Assembly: GCA_964252035.1 (NCBI GenBank)
Contig: OZ176213.1
Length of the DNA: 64,000 nt
DNA from: Podarcis erhardii
Lineage: Eukaryota
Reading direction: 5' to 3' (one strand)
Shown here: one piece after another, positions 37,301 to 49,722 of the stretch
How the letters are laid out: each line of letters opens with the position of its first letter
Numbering within the stretch: the stretch's first letter is position 1
Translations under genes and position numbers: made by a program
The notes under the pieces: generated by a model
What the model was told of the DNA's origin: nothing
Seen by the model: only the letters and a program-made list of their open reading frames with translations
Database searches by the model: none

Positions 37301-40300
37301 TGAGCTGTGGAGTTGCTTTATTCTCACCTAGCCCAGTACTGCCTGTTCTTACTGGCTTCAGCTCTCCCTAGATCCTGGAGGTGCTGCTAAAGAAACATTT
37401 CGACTCTAGAGATTCTAGAGATTAATCTTGGGACCTTCTGGTCCTCAGGGAGTTATACCGGCAGGAAGAGTGACTGGCCCAAACTGAAGGGGATGTATAA
37501 TACTTCTCAAGGCATTCCTCTTTGGAGGGCCGATCCCAAATGAAACATGTTTGCAAAGAAGATGAATTCCACCCTTTCAGCTTTAACTTGAGAATCAAAG
37601 ATGTGCATTCTAATGGAGCTTCAAACGGGTGATGAAAATTCCAGACGCAGGACATAGAAAGAGTCCAGCTGCATCACACCAAAGGTCATCTCACCAGGCA
37701 TCCTGTTTCCCCCCGGAGGCCAACCAAATGCATCCTGGGAGCCAGAAAAGTAGGGCTCACAGGCAACAGCAGACTTCAGGGGAGCTACTGTTGTGCTCTT
37801 GAGTGAGAAACTGACATAAAAAGAGCCCTGCTGAATTGGGCCAAAGCCATTGGGCCATTCAGCACCCAGTTCTCACAGTGGTCAACCAGAAGCCCATGGA
37901 CCTGAGCATCACAGCCCTTTCCCCACCTATGATTCCCCGCAGCTCAGGGACATTCTGCCTCCCACAGCAGAGGGAGAACAAAGCCATTGTGGCTAGTGGA
38001 CATTGATAGTCTTGTCCTCCATGGATTTGTCCAATCTTCTTTTAAGGCCATCCAAGTTGATGGCCATCATTTGTTCTTGTGGCAACAAATTCCTTAGTTT
38101 TAACTATGCTGTATGTGAAACCCACCCCCCACCCCACTTTCTTTCACCTGACCTGCATATGCCAGCATTCACTTTTGTTGGATATTGCCGAGATCTAGTT
38201 ATGAGAGAGAGAGAAACTTATCCCTGGCCACTTTCAGCTTGCCTGAATCTACTCTTTTTTCTTTTGCACGCTCTTGATGCTGGTGGGCTGTGATGACAAC
38301 ATCGCCACTGTGCCAGCGTCAACCTTTTGCCTTCAGCTGTGCCATCTCGGCCCCTTCACAGGGGCCAGTTAATCAAATTAACAGGCTGGCAGCTTTGTAC
38401 CCTCTCCCATCACACACTGGCCTCCCCCCCCCCCTCTTTTTCCTCCACAAAGAGAATTGCTGCTGTTCTTGCTCTTCTGCATTGTGGGATTGCTCCATGC
38501 CACGCGGCCACTGTGCCGTTGGTTTCTCCCCCTGCCCTCCCATGACCACACAGTGTTTCTCTTATACCAGGCTGCAGCTGGCAGAACGACCACATTTTGC
38601 TTCTTCTAACACCTGTGCCAGGTGGTGGGATGACTGGAGAGATTCTGGCCCCTCCCAGACTGCCCCACTTGAAGTGTTGTTTTTCAGGAGTTCCCTAGTT
38701 CAAGGATGAAGCTTTGAGGTGGGGACACAGAGGGAATAGGGGCACAAGCAATGGTGTGGCTTCCCCGTCTTCAGCCACTGTCACCGTTAGAAAGCTTGGG
38801 AGACATAAAGGAAAGTTTAATAGGCAACCTACTTGGGAGAATTTCTTTTAAGAAGCAAAACAACTTTCCATTTTCTTAACAATTGGCTTGGGGGTGGGGT
38901 GGGGGAGATGCTCAATATTACTGTTCTTATTGACACGCATCTTGCATTTCAGCATCTAATTTAACCACCGCATGTGAGTCTGTGGAAATGGCCTCTGATT
39001 GCAGAGCACTCTTCAAAAATAGATTTAAAAATACGGAGCCCATCTTGGAGATTACAGGGCGTTCTTCTTGAGTATGGTAAATTGCCCTGAATTGGAATGA
39101 GAGGAGCAGGCAGCAGACCCATGCTTTACATGGGAGGGGGGTGGAAACAACACTAGCTCCACTTCCTTTTCTCTTCTCCCTCCCCCCCTTCTCTCCCCGC
39201 CACCCCCAGTTCAGAAGGCTGCTCCTGTGGAGGAGGAAACCCTTTAGAATGCCAGCTATCAAGATTGTTGCTCTTCCACCCAGTCTGTTTCCTTTAATTG
39301 TCAGGCTAGCTGGGGCTTTCAAGAGGAGACACAGAGAGAACGAACAATGGCAATGCAGAGAGAATGTGAGGAATTCAGCTGGCTGCCTTATCCAAACCTG
39401 GAGGGGTGTCTACCTATTGAAAGAGCATCCTTGGTCCCATTCAGTAGCTGAAGTGGTTGGCCCAGGAACCAACATCCTGCTGGGGGAAGCACATGGCGCT
39501 CACTTCTATAGGAGGGAGACATGAGCTGAAAGCAGGGGAGAAGCAACTCGTTGCAGTTGCAGCCGCAACTCCCCCAGGACACGGTTGGCCTGTGCCTTTT
39601 GCTTATATTGTACAGCTGCAATTTTCAAACTTTCTACCTTTGGGGAGCACTTTCTGCACTGATTTCATCTGCCGAGGAATAAACTGCAGTGTCTGCCGCA
39701 GAAACCCAGCTCTCCCTTTCTTTGGTTTCTTTTATGAATTGCTTCCTGTAAAGTGCCTCAAAGCAATTTCACAGTAAAAAACAGCAACAATTAAAACAAT
39801 TCCACCTGTAAAAACAATTCCGTATGTGGCCCGCCCGGCAGGGCAACGTGGGGCAAATCCAGTGCAGATATAGACTGGGATAAAGACATCCACTTCAAAA
39901 ATTTGTTGAGAAAGGAAGATCTCCACTACGGGCCAAAAAGGCAACTGAGATGGGTGCCTGCCTGCTATGTAGAAAGAGGCAGTTCCAGAGGTTAGTTGCT
40001 GCGATAAAGACCTAATTCCTACAAGGTATGGAATGGACTGCCTTATGAGACTTTCCCATTGTAGTTATCACCACATCTTCTGGCATAATAATAAGTGGGA
40101 CCTTCCGCAGTATGTTTCAGTGTAGAATGCCATGCCTTTTTCTAGATTACTCTGCTGAATTCCTCCACCCACTCGCTCTGCTTTTCTGCCCCATCCTGCC
40201 TCTCACCCTCACAACCCCAAATCAGACAGCATTCTGTGTCTACTGAGTTTACTGAGTTTGCTCAGATCTTATTGAGTCGTTTCAAGGTTCTGCTTGTACG

Positions 40301-40744
40301 TTTCCTGTGGGCATCAGGTTGGCAAGATGGGCCTCTTAATGCTCCTCTCATTTCAAACATGTTTGAATGCCTGGCAGCCAAACAGCAAATACTGTTAGGC
40401 TCTGCAGACCAAGGAGCAAAAGGATACAGAACTGCTAGCTGTCGGGAGGGGAGCATCAATCTGCGCTCGCCCTGCTGCAGCCCGTCTTTATGGTCTCATT
40501 CATTATAGGTTTCCACCATTTCATGGGCCATTCACTAGCTAACCCATAATGTCCTTTAGGCCCCTTACAGTTCATTTTCTGAAAAGCTGGCCTTGACTTC
40601 TTCCGAACTGCATTTATGATAACTTTCTCGCAATTCTGTCGTAATGCCTGCTTTTTCTTTTTATCACTAGTCAAAACAACATGGCATCTTTCTTTGCCTG
40701 CTCAGTCACAGTAGATTTCCTCTTACTCAGTTTCATGTAGTTAA

Positions 40745-40984
<240 letters not shown>

Positions 40985-41702
40985 CACACTTTCCCCTTAT
41001 GGTCGCCATGGGCACTGAGTGTACGCATTTTGTCAGAGGCACACCAAAGCTGAACATTCATGCTCTAGGAAACCAAACAGCTTTAGAGGAGTGATGTGCA
41101 TCTCATCTAACAGTGTGCGGCTTTGATGCGTTGCCTGAGTACAGATGAAGTCATCGTTTTCCTCATGTTTCTCAGACTTTCAGCCCTTCTGCCATTCTCA
41201 ATAAGCAAACAGATTATATTGTAAATTACTTCTGCTCCAATAATGCCTCGCATTGTTTTGTTTTTTAAAAAGATTGGCATTGCTATGTGAGCAAAATACA
41301 ACAGAGGAACCATTTCCTTTTAACACCAAAGATTTTAGTCTTTCCTTCTCTCCCTCTTCCCGCACTGCAGTCTTGTAACAGTGGGATCAGAGTTCGTCAC
41401 TTCAGAGTAGAGGTGTAAAATTTATGGAAATGTTAAAGCTCTGGAAAAATGTAATGTGTGTGTTGTTTTGCAAGGAAGAGGGTGGCGTAATTTTTGAGGA
41501 CATTTGAAATATATGCAATATTTATTTTCTTATGAAACCCAAATGTATTTTTACTGCTTTAACAACATAAAATGCATAATTCGTAACTTGGCACACAAAG
41601 CTATATCATGTGGCAGATATACCCAATTCTAGAGAGAGATGCAAACTGCTGTACTTTATGCACATGTATCTTACTTTTTTGCCACCTGAGAAGTAGGGGG
41701 GA

Positions 41703-41756
41703 AATAAAAGTTGAAAATAAGAACCACAAATTTTGTAGTAAAGTAAACAAAATAAA
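41703..41756 (+). terminator. Candidate DET1 polyadenylation signals
   Basis: AATAAA at 41703-41708 and 41751-41756, the second followed by GT-rich sequence, about 0.75 kb after the stop. Confidence 0.5.
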
Positions 41757-42945
41757 GTGTATGGTCTTCTCATGAAGATAGCAGCACCCTCTAGTTGCAG
41801 AAATGCTTCTGGATTTGAGTGTTGTCATTTATCACTACAGTATATTTTAGGTTTGGACTACAACTCCCATCAACCCTGACCATTGCCAATGCCAGCTAGG
41901 GGTGCTGAGAGTTTGAAGGCCCACAAATTTCCCATCCCTGCTGTAGATTGGCTTACACATAAATATTTAAAACCTTGCCTTAAAAAGCATTTCATTATTT
42001 TTTTAAAAAAGGAACACATTTCAATGGAGCTGCTTTTCATGGTTCCTCAAAATGTCCTGTTCTTCTGTGTGAAAAAATAGGTTCTCAAGGGAGAAAACAT
42101 CCCTGTCCCTCTTCTTCCCATCCCACTCCAATATTTCCATTTCCCCCCTTGTTTTTCCTCAGTCTTCACATCTCCAGGGTCTTTCTACTCTAGTCAAGAA
42201 TTTATTTGTTTTTTAGAAAGAAAAAGAGAGAAATTTGCTTTTTATCTTCCTGCTACCCACATTCTGTTCTCCCTTTGCCATAATGCTGCCTAAATCTGCC
42301 CACCCAAAGGGAGTAAACAAGGAGTATTCTCTTTGCAAGCCAGTTTGTGGTATTTCCCCCCACAGTTAAATAGTATATAATATTTTTGGAAATAAAACAT
42401 TAAAGGGGAGGGACATGCCTTGCAGCGCTCAGGTGGGATTTAATTTTGTAAATAACTGGAAAAGCAAAAGGTAGGCCTTTCATGTTGTTTCAGATGCATA
42501 GTGGCTGTCCATGTCTATCACAGGCACAAAGGGATGGCCTTGTTAACTTGCGCTGGTCATTGGAGACCACAGTACAGACATGGCCCAGCCTGATCCATTG
42601 GTCAAGACAAAGAGCCATCTTCCCTCCAGCCACATTGAATGATTGGCACATTTTTGGACACCCACCCAAAATTCACAGCTCCGTAATTTACGTCTCGGTC
42701 CAGCTGTCTGAGGATCAGCCTTGGTTGTATCTTGCCAGTTCTCATCAGGAAGCAAAGCCTTTAACGGAGTATCTTTGGGGGGCATTCCCAATGGAGGGGA
42801 AAGCACTGTGCATCTCACTCTCTCATTGCACTTTCCCACTGCTGTGAGTAGGTGCAACAACTGTGAACATTTGGACCTTGGGAGGTCTGGGTGAATTCCC
42901 ATGAGATCTAAATGAGCGCCACTGAGCAATATCTTAACTCTGACC

Positions 42946-43130
42946 TAGGAACCTGCCTTGTACCAAGTCAGACCATTGGTCCACCTAGCCGAGTATTGTC
43001 TACAGTGACAGGCAGTGGTTTTGCTTGGTGTCAGGCAGGGTTCTCTCCCAGGCTGACCTGGATATGCTTCCAATTGAACCTGGGACCTTCTGCATGCAAA
43101 GCTGATGTTCTGCCACTGAGCTATGACTCT
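42946..43130 (-). mobile_element. tRNA-derived SINE, same family as 46869-47073
   Basis: Shares the segments gaccattggtccacctagc and gaacctgggaccttctgcatgcaaagc. Confidence 0.65.
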
Positions 43131-43436
43131 TATTTGCAATAGGTAACTTTCTGCCGTCTTGGTCCTGGAAGGTCCTTTTGAGCAGGATCACCTGCCTCAT
43201 TCACTGTTCATTCAATCTTGCACTGTTCACCCCAAAAGCTGTTTAGCTTTAGAAGATTCTCTTTGCTTCTGTGGAACAAAGTGACTTGCAATCGACATCC
43301 TTGGGCCTTAGCTTCCGGAGACAAAGAATGCATGTGTCTAGCATCCCTGTTTTCAGAAGCCCACAAGCACGAGCTGAGCACAACAGCACTCGGCAGTATT
43401 CAGAGGCATACTGCCTCCTGTGGTGGAGGTAGAACA

Positions 43437-43626
43437 TACTGTATTTTTTGCTCTATAAGACTCACTTTTTCCTTCCTAAAAAGTAAGGGGAAATGTGTGT
43501 GCGTCTTATGGAGCAAATGCAGGCTGCGCAGCTATGAGATTCATAATATTTTTTTTCTTGTTTTCCTCCTCCAAAAATAGGTGCGTCTTGTGGTCTGGTG
43601 CGTCTTATAGAGCGAAAAATACGGTA
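43437..43626. mobile_element. Tc1/pogo-like MITE with a second TIR type
   Basis: Inverted ends TACTGTATTTTTTGCTCTATAAGAC and GTCTTATAGAGCGAAAAATACGGTA. Confidence 0.7.
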
Positions 43627-43674
43627 ACCATTTTGGCTAGCAACCATTGATAGATTGAAAAGTGCTGCGAATAA

Positions 43675-43803
43675 GACCTGGCATAGCTCAGTTGGTAGAG
43701 CATGAGACTCTTGATCTCAAGGTCGTGGGTTCGAACCCCACATTGAGCAGGGGGCTGGACTAGATGACCCTTGTGGTGCCTTCCAACTCCATGATCCTGT
43801 GTT
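43675..43803 (+). mobile_element. Short tRNA-Lys(CTT)-derived SINE with a CR1-like tail (Squam3-like)
   Basis: Head TAGCTCAGTTGGTAGAGCATGAGACTCTTGATCTCAAGGTCGTGGGTTCGAACCCCAC has A and B boxes and resembles tRNA-Lys. It is fused to GGACTAGATGACCC...CCTTCCAACTC, a CR1-type 3' end. Confidence 0.75.
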
Positions 43804-44093
43804 CACAACTATGAAGTATTAGGAGTGTATGCTAAAGGGAGGTGGGAATCACAGTGCAGCAGGGCAGAGCCTATCGCTGTATTATCTGCAACAATGTATG
43901 TTCTTCCTCCCCTTTGATGTCTTTAGGAAACCCAAACGGATAATATTTACACCTGATATTTTTGTTTCCACCAGGGATAGGGTGTGAATTTGTTACCTGT
44001 GCAACGTTAAAAGCAAAATAAACTGGAATTCTATTTTTTAATACAGCTTTGTCTTCTCTTTGCTTTTACATACATTTTGCAGAGGTTGTAGAA

Positions 44094-44229
44094 CAGACAT
44101 AGACGAACTCGGCCTTCCAGATTTTTTGGTACTACAACTCCCATCATCCCTAGCTAACAGGACCAGTGGTCAGGGATGATGGGAACTGTAGTCTCAAAAC
44201 ATCTGGAGGGCCAAGTTTGCCTATGCCTG
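44094..44229. mobile_element. Palindromic hAT MITE
   Basis: Long internal inverted repeat (ACTACAACTCCCATCATCCCT / AGGGATGATGGGAACTGTAGT), flanked by TTGTAGAA/TTCCAGAA. Confidence 0.72.
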
Positions 44230-44646
44230 TTCCAGAACCTTTTGCAGAGGTGTTTTTCCATAGCATCCAGACACATGAAGTCTAAGGGTGAAGCTGGACA
44301 TAACAGGGACACCCAAGTTTTTTTAGTCACATCTCTGTCCTGGTTGCATCTAAGCAGGGTCAGCATATATTTTCATAAGAAAATCTCAGGTTAGGTTGGA
44401 GAGAATGACTGACCAAAGATCCCTCGTCAGTCTTCATAGCATCAACTCATCATGCCTTAAGACCATTTGAACTCTGATTTCGTTGGTCGTAGACTGAAAT
44501 TCTTAACCAATACTATGCTGACTCCTGTGCTCCAAAAAGCACATGACTGACATGGGACAGGATTATGTTTGTTCACAAATGCATGTCACTTGATTTCTCT
44601 ACACTTGTCTGCTGTTATCTTAAAGGCTAGCTGCAGAATGAATGTA

Positions 44647-44879
44647 CAGTGGTACCTTGGTTCCCGAAAGGCTTGGCTCCCAAACAATTCAGCTCCTGAA
44701 CACCGCAAACCTGGATGTAATGTGTTCCGGTTTGCGAACGTTTTTTGGAAGCCGAACGTCCATTTTGGCTGTCGGCATTGTTTCCGGGGCCAATCAGAAG
44801 CCACGCCTTGGTTTGCAAACGTTGTGGAAGTCGAATGGACTTCCAGAACGCATTGAGTTCGTGAACCAAGGTACCACTG
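44647..44879. mobile_element. Tc1/mariner-type MITE
   Basis: TA|CAGTGGTACCTTGGTT...AACCAAGGTACCACTG|TA. Confidence 0.82.
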
Positions 44880-45312
44880 TATAAACTGAAAAACATCATG
44901 AAATGACATGCAAGTGCCTCTCCTGTGGGAGCCCATTCTCCCATGCCCAGGATGCTGCAGTCGGCCAAGGGATGAGCCTTCACGTGTGAACTAGCTCTTG
45001 ATGACTACCAGCTGAAGGCAGCCAGTTAGCCCACTGGGAGGAGGCAATGCCAGCAGGGAGGAGCATCATTGTCAGAGTGGACCCGCCAGACAGCACTTTG
45101 CAAGGGATCCAGGGCTGGTCTGACACAAGGTCATGATGGTGCCCCCCTCCCCGCCTCCACAATTGCATGTACAGAATCTGACCAAACTAGCAGTTGACTC
45201 TTTCTCCAGCGCTAGTGATAAGGCAACAGCTTCCGCCATAGCCACGGGCACCTCTTAGAAGATTCACGGGGATGGTGGGGCAGCTGCCTCCCATTATATA
45301 ATAGCAGAGCCA

Positions 45313-45742
45313 CAACAGCTGCAAGTGTATTGTTAGCCCAGAAATGGAAGCAAGAAGAAATTCCGACGGAAGAAGAATGGCAGACAAAATTAATGGACTA
45401 CACAGAATTAGACAAAATGACAGGAAGGATTCGCAACCTGCGGAACCAGAGATTTACAGAAGATTGGAAAGAAATATACGAATTATTTGAAGAGCAACTG
45501 TAATCAACAAATTACGCTAGTAGGACTACAAGAAGTTTTGTAAGGAGAAATATATGAAATATTGCAAAGTAGGGAAAGAAGAATAGAGATATTAGTTATG
45601 AGATTTAAAGGTAATCGTGAAAGTAAGAAATATATATTAAGTGAATAGATTGGAAATTTTTCAGATGTGATTGATGGAAGTCAAAAAATTTGTATAAGAT
45701 GTAAAAGTATGTTTAATTACTGTTGAAAATGATATGTTAAAA

Positions 45743-45783
<41 letters not shown>
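45313..45783 (+). mobile_element. 5'-truncated L1 fragment with a (TG)19 tail
   Basis: Encodes TAASVLLAQKWKQEEIPTEEEWQTKLMDYTELDKMTGRIRN. TSD TAATAGCAG(A/G)GCCA at 45299-45312 and 45784-45797 (1 mismatch). Confidence 0.82.
45746..45783. repeat. (TG)19 microsatellite
   Basis: Visible tandem array. Confidence 0.95.
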
Positions 45784-45788
<5 letters not shown>

Positions 45789-46507
45789 GCAGGGCCAGAC
45801 CTGGATGGTTGCTACTTGGGTCAAGCATAGTCTTCCATTTATTTGTTTTTTAAAAAGATCCATTGCGTCGCCTTATCAGGTCACAAAGCACTTGATCCAT
45901 ACAAGGGAACGGAAGAGTCGCTGCCCTTTTGCATGCATAGAGTGGACAAACAACCGCTCTTTTCAACTCGGAGCTGCACTGGGAACATTCCGTGTAGGGG
46001 GCTGCCTCTCCTGGTTGCCATGGTGACTGTGATCAGCAAGAGCTCCATCCACGGCGTGGCCGTGGGAGGGAGAAGGGCAAACTCTCCCTATCCCCTCAAG
46101 TGCTCTCCAAGGGCAACAGGTACACATAATCCTGGCGTTGCTGCGTTTTCAAGTCCCCGGCGAGCACCTAAGAGCTACTAAACGGCCAACTCTAAGCTTT
46201 GCACCTGTTGTACCGGGAAGGCTCAGCACATGGCTTCTTCTCTGATTAACGCTTTAAATTAAATCTCGGGGAGGGAATTGCTGGATGTGTTCCAAGACAC
46301 CTCCATTTCCTGCTTTGGCTCAGTTCCAGTCAGGGAAAACCCTTCCTTTCTTGCCAGACATTGCCTTCCTTCTCTCGAAAATCTGCAAGAAGGATGACCA
46401 CCAGCCCCAACTAGCCCATTTTCAGACGTTCAGTTCTACGGAAAGCTGAAGCTTCAAAGCTTGCTCAGCCTTGCAGGCCCATTGCTTGGAGGCCGTAGCA
46501 TCAAGTG

Positions 46508-46758
46508 GAAGAAGAAGAAGAGAAGAGTCTGGATTTGATATCCCACTTTATCACTACCCGAAGGCGTCTCAAAGCGGCTAACATTCTCCTTTCCCTTCCT
46601 CCCCCACAACAAACACTCTGTGAGGTGAGTGGGGCTGAGAGACTTCAAAGAAGTGTGACTGGCCCAAGGTCACCCGGCAGCTGCATGTGGAGGAGCGGAG
46701 ACGCGAACCCGGTTCACCAGATTACGAGTCCACCGCTCTTAACCACTACACCACACTG
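46508..46758 (-). mobile_element. tRNA-headed MIR/CORE-like SINE, well-preserved copy
   Basis: Head CAGTGTGGTGTAGTGGTTAAGAGC...GGGTTCG and a (CTT)n tail. More decayed relatives lie at about 7040-7165, 16590-16690, 57195-57335 and 59780-59945. Confidence 0.65.
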
Positions 46759-46868
46759 TGTAAACAAATCATGGCAGATCAGGGACCCACAGGCAGGGCC
46801 TTCAGATTTTCTTTGGAGCATCCACACCATTCTCCTTTTTCAGTGGAATCGTTCCACATACGCAATCA

Positions 46869-47073
46869 GGGAACATGCGAACATAGGAAACTGCCTTACA
46901 TTGAGTTCAGATCCTTGGTCCATATAGCTTAGTATTGTCTGCATTGCCTAGCACTGACTCTGCGGGATTTTAAGCAGGAGTCTTTCGCCAGCCCTGCCAG
47001 GAGATGCCAAGCATTGAACCGGGAACCTTCTGCATGCAAAGCAGATGCTCCACCACTGAGCTATGGCCCTTCC
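46869..47073 (-). mobile_element. tRNA-derived SINE (head GGCCATAGCTCAGTGG, ATGTTCC-type tail; Squam2-like)
   Basis: A/B-box head and tail are shared with related copies at about 42946-43130 (-), 20320-20490 (-), 11743-11857 (+) and 51650-51735 (+). Confidence 0.7.
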
Positions 47074-47932
47074 TTGGGTTTGGCTCCTGGCAAGAATGAC
47101 CCTACCATTATGGAGAAGGAACCAGCTGCCTCAGGCAGCAGATACTGAGGGACGGGGACCAGGCAGCTTACCTTGCACCCCATAAACTAGCCTGCCTGCA
47201 AATCACCCAGCTCTGCCCAATCAGTTGCAGATGTTTCTTTTGAAATAAACAAATAAAAATTCTAACCTTAAAGGTGCCTAGCACAGAAATCATACAATTA
47301 TTTGCCTGTAATCTGGCAGGCTTTATCCAGCTTTGCCTGTCGCTGATGGGAGTTGTCCAAAACATCTGAAATCACCTGTATTAGAAGTTTTAAATGTTTT
47401 TAAATGTTTTTATATGTGTTGGAAGCCACCCAGAGTGACTGGGACAACCCAGCCAGATGGGCAGGGTATTATTATTATTATTATTATTATTAGGGTTAGT
47501 GAAAGCTAGTCTATTTCAATTCCAGCTTCTTGCTATAGTAGAGGATGGGGAAAAACAACAACAAACACCTCTTGAATGAAGATGGCCTTACCTTCTGCCA
47601 AGGCATGACAGATTGTCATTTAAAGTACACTTCCACCAGCATCTCAAAAAGGTACCTACAACCACGGATTTGCTAATATGCAAACTTCATGAATCCCTTA
47701 GCTCATTGCCATGGAAGGCTGTGTACACATTGCAAGCTTAAAATGTTCTCCTCCCCTCTCAGCTCAGATTGAAACTGCTTTATAGAAAACACATCCAGAT
47801 GCATTATTTCATAAGAAATGACAGAATACATGTGCTGGCAAGAGTGAGTGCCTGCCAGCATATAACACCTCTGCTAAGAGATCTGCCCTGGCTGCTCCTG
47901 GGTTAAGTTCAAGGGGCTACTGTTGGTATATA

Positions 47933-48196
47933 TAGGGTTGCCATATGTCTGGGAAATCCTGGACATGTCCTGGTTTTTTGGGGGGTGGGGGTGACTACAT
48001 GCCCACCCGGCGGGATTTTTAAAATCGTAAGCAAATGTCCAGGTTTTGGGTTTCTTTTAAAAACAGTTTGTGTGCACGGCTGATTGGGTTCAAGCTTGAG
48101 CTCTGGCTCTGGTCTGGGCTTGGTGGTAGCGGCTGCCCCAGGGGTGACCACCCCAAAAAAGTCCAGATTTTTACATTTGGAAATATGGCAACCCTA
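47933..48196. mobile_element. Non-autonomous DNA transposon with a TAGGGTTGCCATA TIR
   Basis: 13-bp perfect TIR, flanked by TGGTATATA/TGTTATATA. Confidence 0.7.
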
Positions 48197-48198
48197 TG

Positions 48199-48199
<1 letters not shown>

Positions 48200-48244
<45 letters not shown>
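48200..48244. repeat. (AT)n microsatellite
   Basis: Visible tandem array. Confidence 0.95.
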
Positions 48245-48250
<6 letters not shown>

Positions 48251-48539
48251 CTGCTCTTATATCCCTTATGGGGTATCCAACCGCCTGTATAGAGTCCTTA
48301 TGTAGGTTCTCTATCGGTAGGAGAAAATAACAGAGGCCAAACAGAGAATATTGAGAAGCAAAGTAGCTATTATGCCTGATCTTTATTAAACTGTTGAAAC
48401 AGGGTGCTCACTCACCACATGCAGGAAGAAGGAGGAACCCAGAACAATGGTGTGCAAGCCCCTATATACTTTTGAAATTGCCCACCCTGTAGCTCAAGAC
48501 CCCCCCCCCCAAAAAAAAAATCATACATACATCACAGAA

Positions 48540-48760
48540 GGATCAACCCACAGGGGCAGACTCGTTCCGTGTGTGGTTTACCCTTGAATCTGCCCTGCAA
48601 TAAGGCAGATGGCAGCACATTGAATCTAGCGAGGGTAAATGACTGTAATTCTAAATTTGGTGTTTTTCTACTGATAATTCCATCCATTGTTTTATTCTCG
48701 TTGTAAACCGCTTTTGAGGTTGCTGCTTTTTGCAATCGAGTGCTATTTTAATTTTATGAA
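48540..48760 (-). mobile_element. Degraded non-LTR retrotransposon C-terminal fragment (family unresolved)
   Basis: The minus frame reads SFTLARFNVLPSALLQGRFKGKPHTERVCPCG, resembling LINE C-terminal Cys-motif regions. Confidence 0.45.
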
Positions 48761-49480
48761 ATAAATAAATGTGGTTTGTGGGTAACTGGGTATGTAAACT
48801 AGCTTCCAAAACCAGCAGTAGACGCAGAGTAAATGGGAAGGGTGTATGATAACTGGAAACGGTGTTAGGAAGCTTGAAGTGTGAGGATGAGAGATCAGTC
48901 GCCGAGACAAAAGGACACGGAAGAAGAATGCACCTGGATTTTGCCAGTGTAATTCTTGCTCTGGTGACCAGTGATGAATGTCTTTCTGTGTCTCTGGTCA
49001 TCAGCACTAAACTGGGCTCTCCAAATTATCTCTTTTGCTATATATGCCTTGGAGGGGGTGAACACGGGAGGCAGCTGCATTTGCTGCACAGCGGAAAAAG
49101 CTTCAGCCTTGCTCGGCAGCTCACCTTACAAATTAATCTTCCTTCCCATCTGTCCGGTACAGGCCTGCTTGGGCAGACCTGAGTGCTGACAAGGCAATGG
49201 ATTGATGCGCATCTGCCATAAACCACACCAAAAGCAAATGAAAGCCTTCGGTTGTTCCGTAAAGAGTGGCAAGAGGGCCGTTTCTGACAATTGCCCTGCG
49301 AAAGTCGGTCGCCTTAGGGCAGGAGGAAAATATTGCAATCATCTTTCTTCGCTTTCACTCAAGGATCCACCATGGGACCTTGTGGGAAGACAGAAGAACC
49401 AAGCCGCTAAATCTTGCCCAAGCAAATTCCTTCGCTCTCATTTCAAGGGTTTGCAAATAAGGTGACTTACCTTTGAGTTA

Positions 49481-49722
49481 CAGTGGTACCTTGGGTTACA
49501 GATGCTTCAGGTTACAGACGCTTCAGATTACAGACTCCGCTAACCCAGAAATAGTACCCCAGGTTAAGAACTTTGCTTCAGGATGAGAACAGAAATTGTG
49601 AGGCGGCGGCGGGCCGGCAGTGGGAGGCCCCACTAGCTAAAGTGGTACCTCAGGTTAAGAACAGTTTCAGGTTAAGAACGGACCTCCAGAACAAATTAAG
49701 TTCTTAACCCGAGGTACCACTG
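49481..49722. mobile_element. Tc1/mariner-type MITE
   Basis: TA|CAGTGGTACCTTGGGTTA...TAACCCGAGGTACCACTG|TA. Confidence 0.82.

Noticed and set aside
48301-48536. Possible solo LTR (TG...CA ends, with TATA-like and AATAAA motifs on the minus strand)
   Set aside because: I could not find a matching 4-6 bp TSD, so the boundaries are unsupported.
49235-49318. Minus-strand acceptor-flanked open segment (ATDFRRAIVRNGPLATLYGTTEGFHLLL)
   Set aside because: Weak donor, no partner exons and no recognisable protein.
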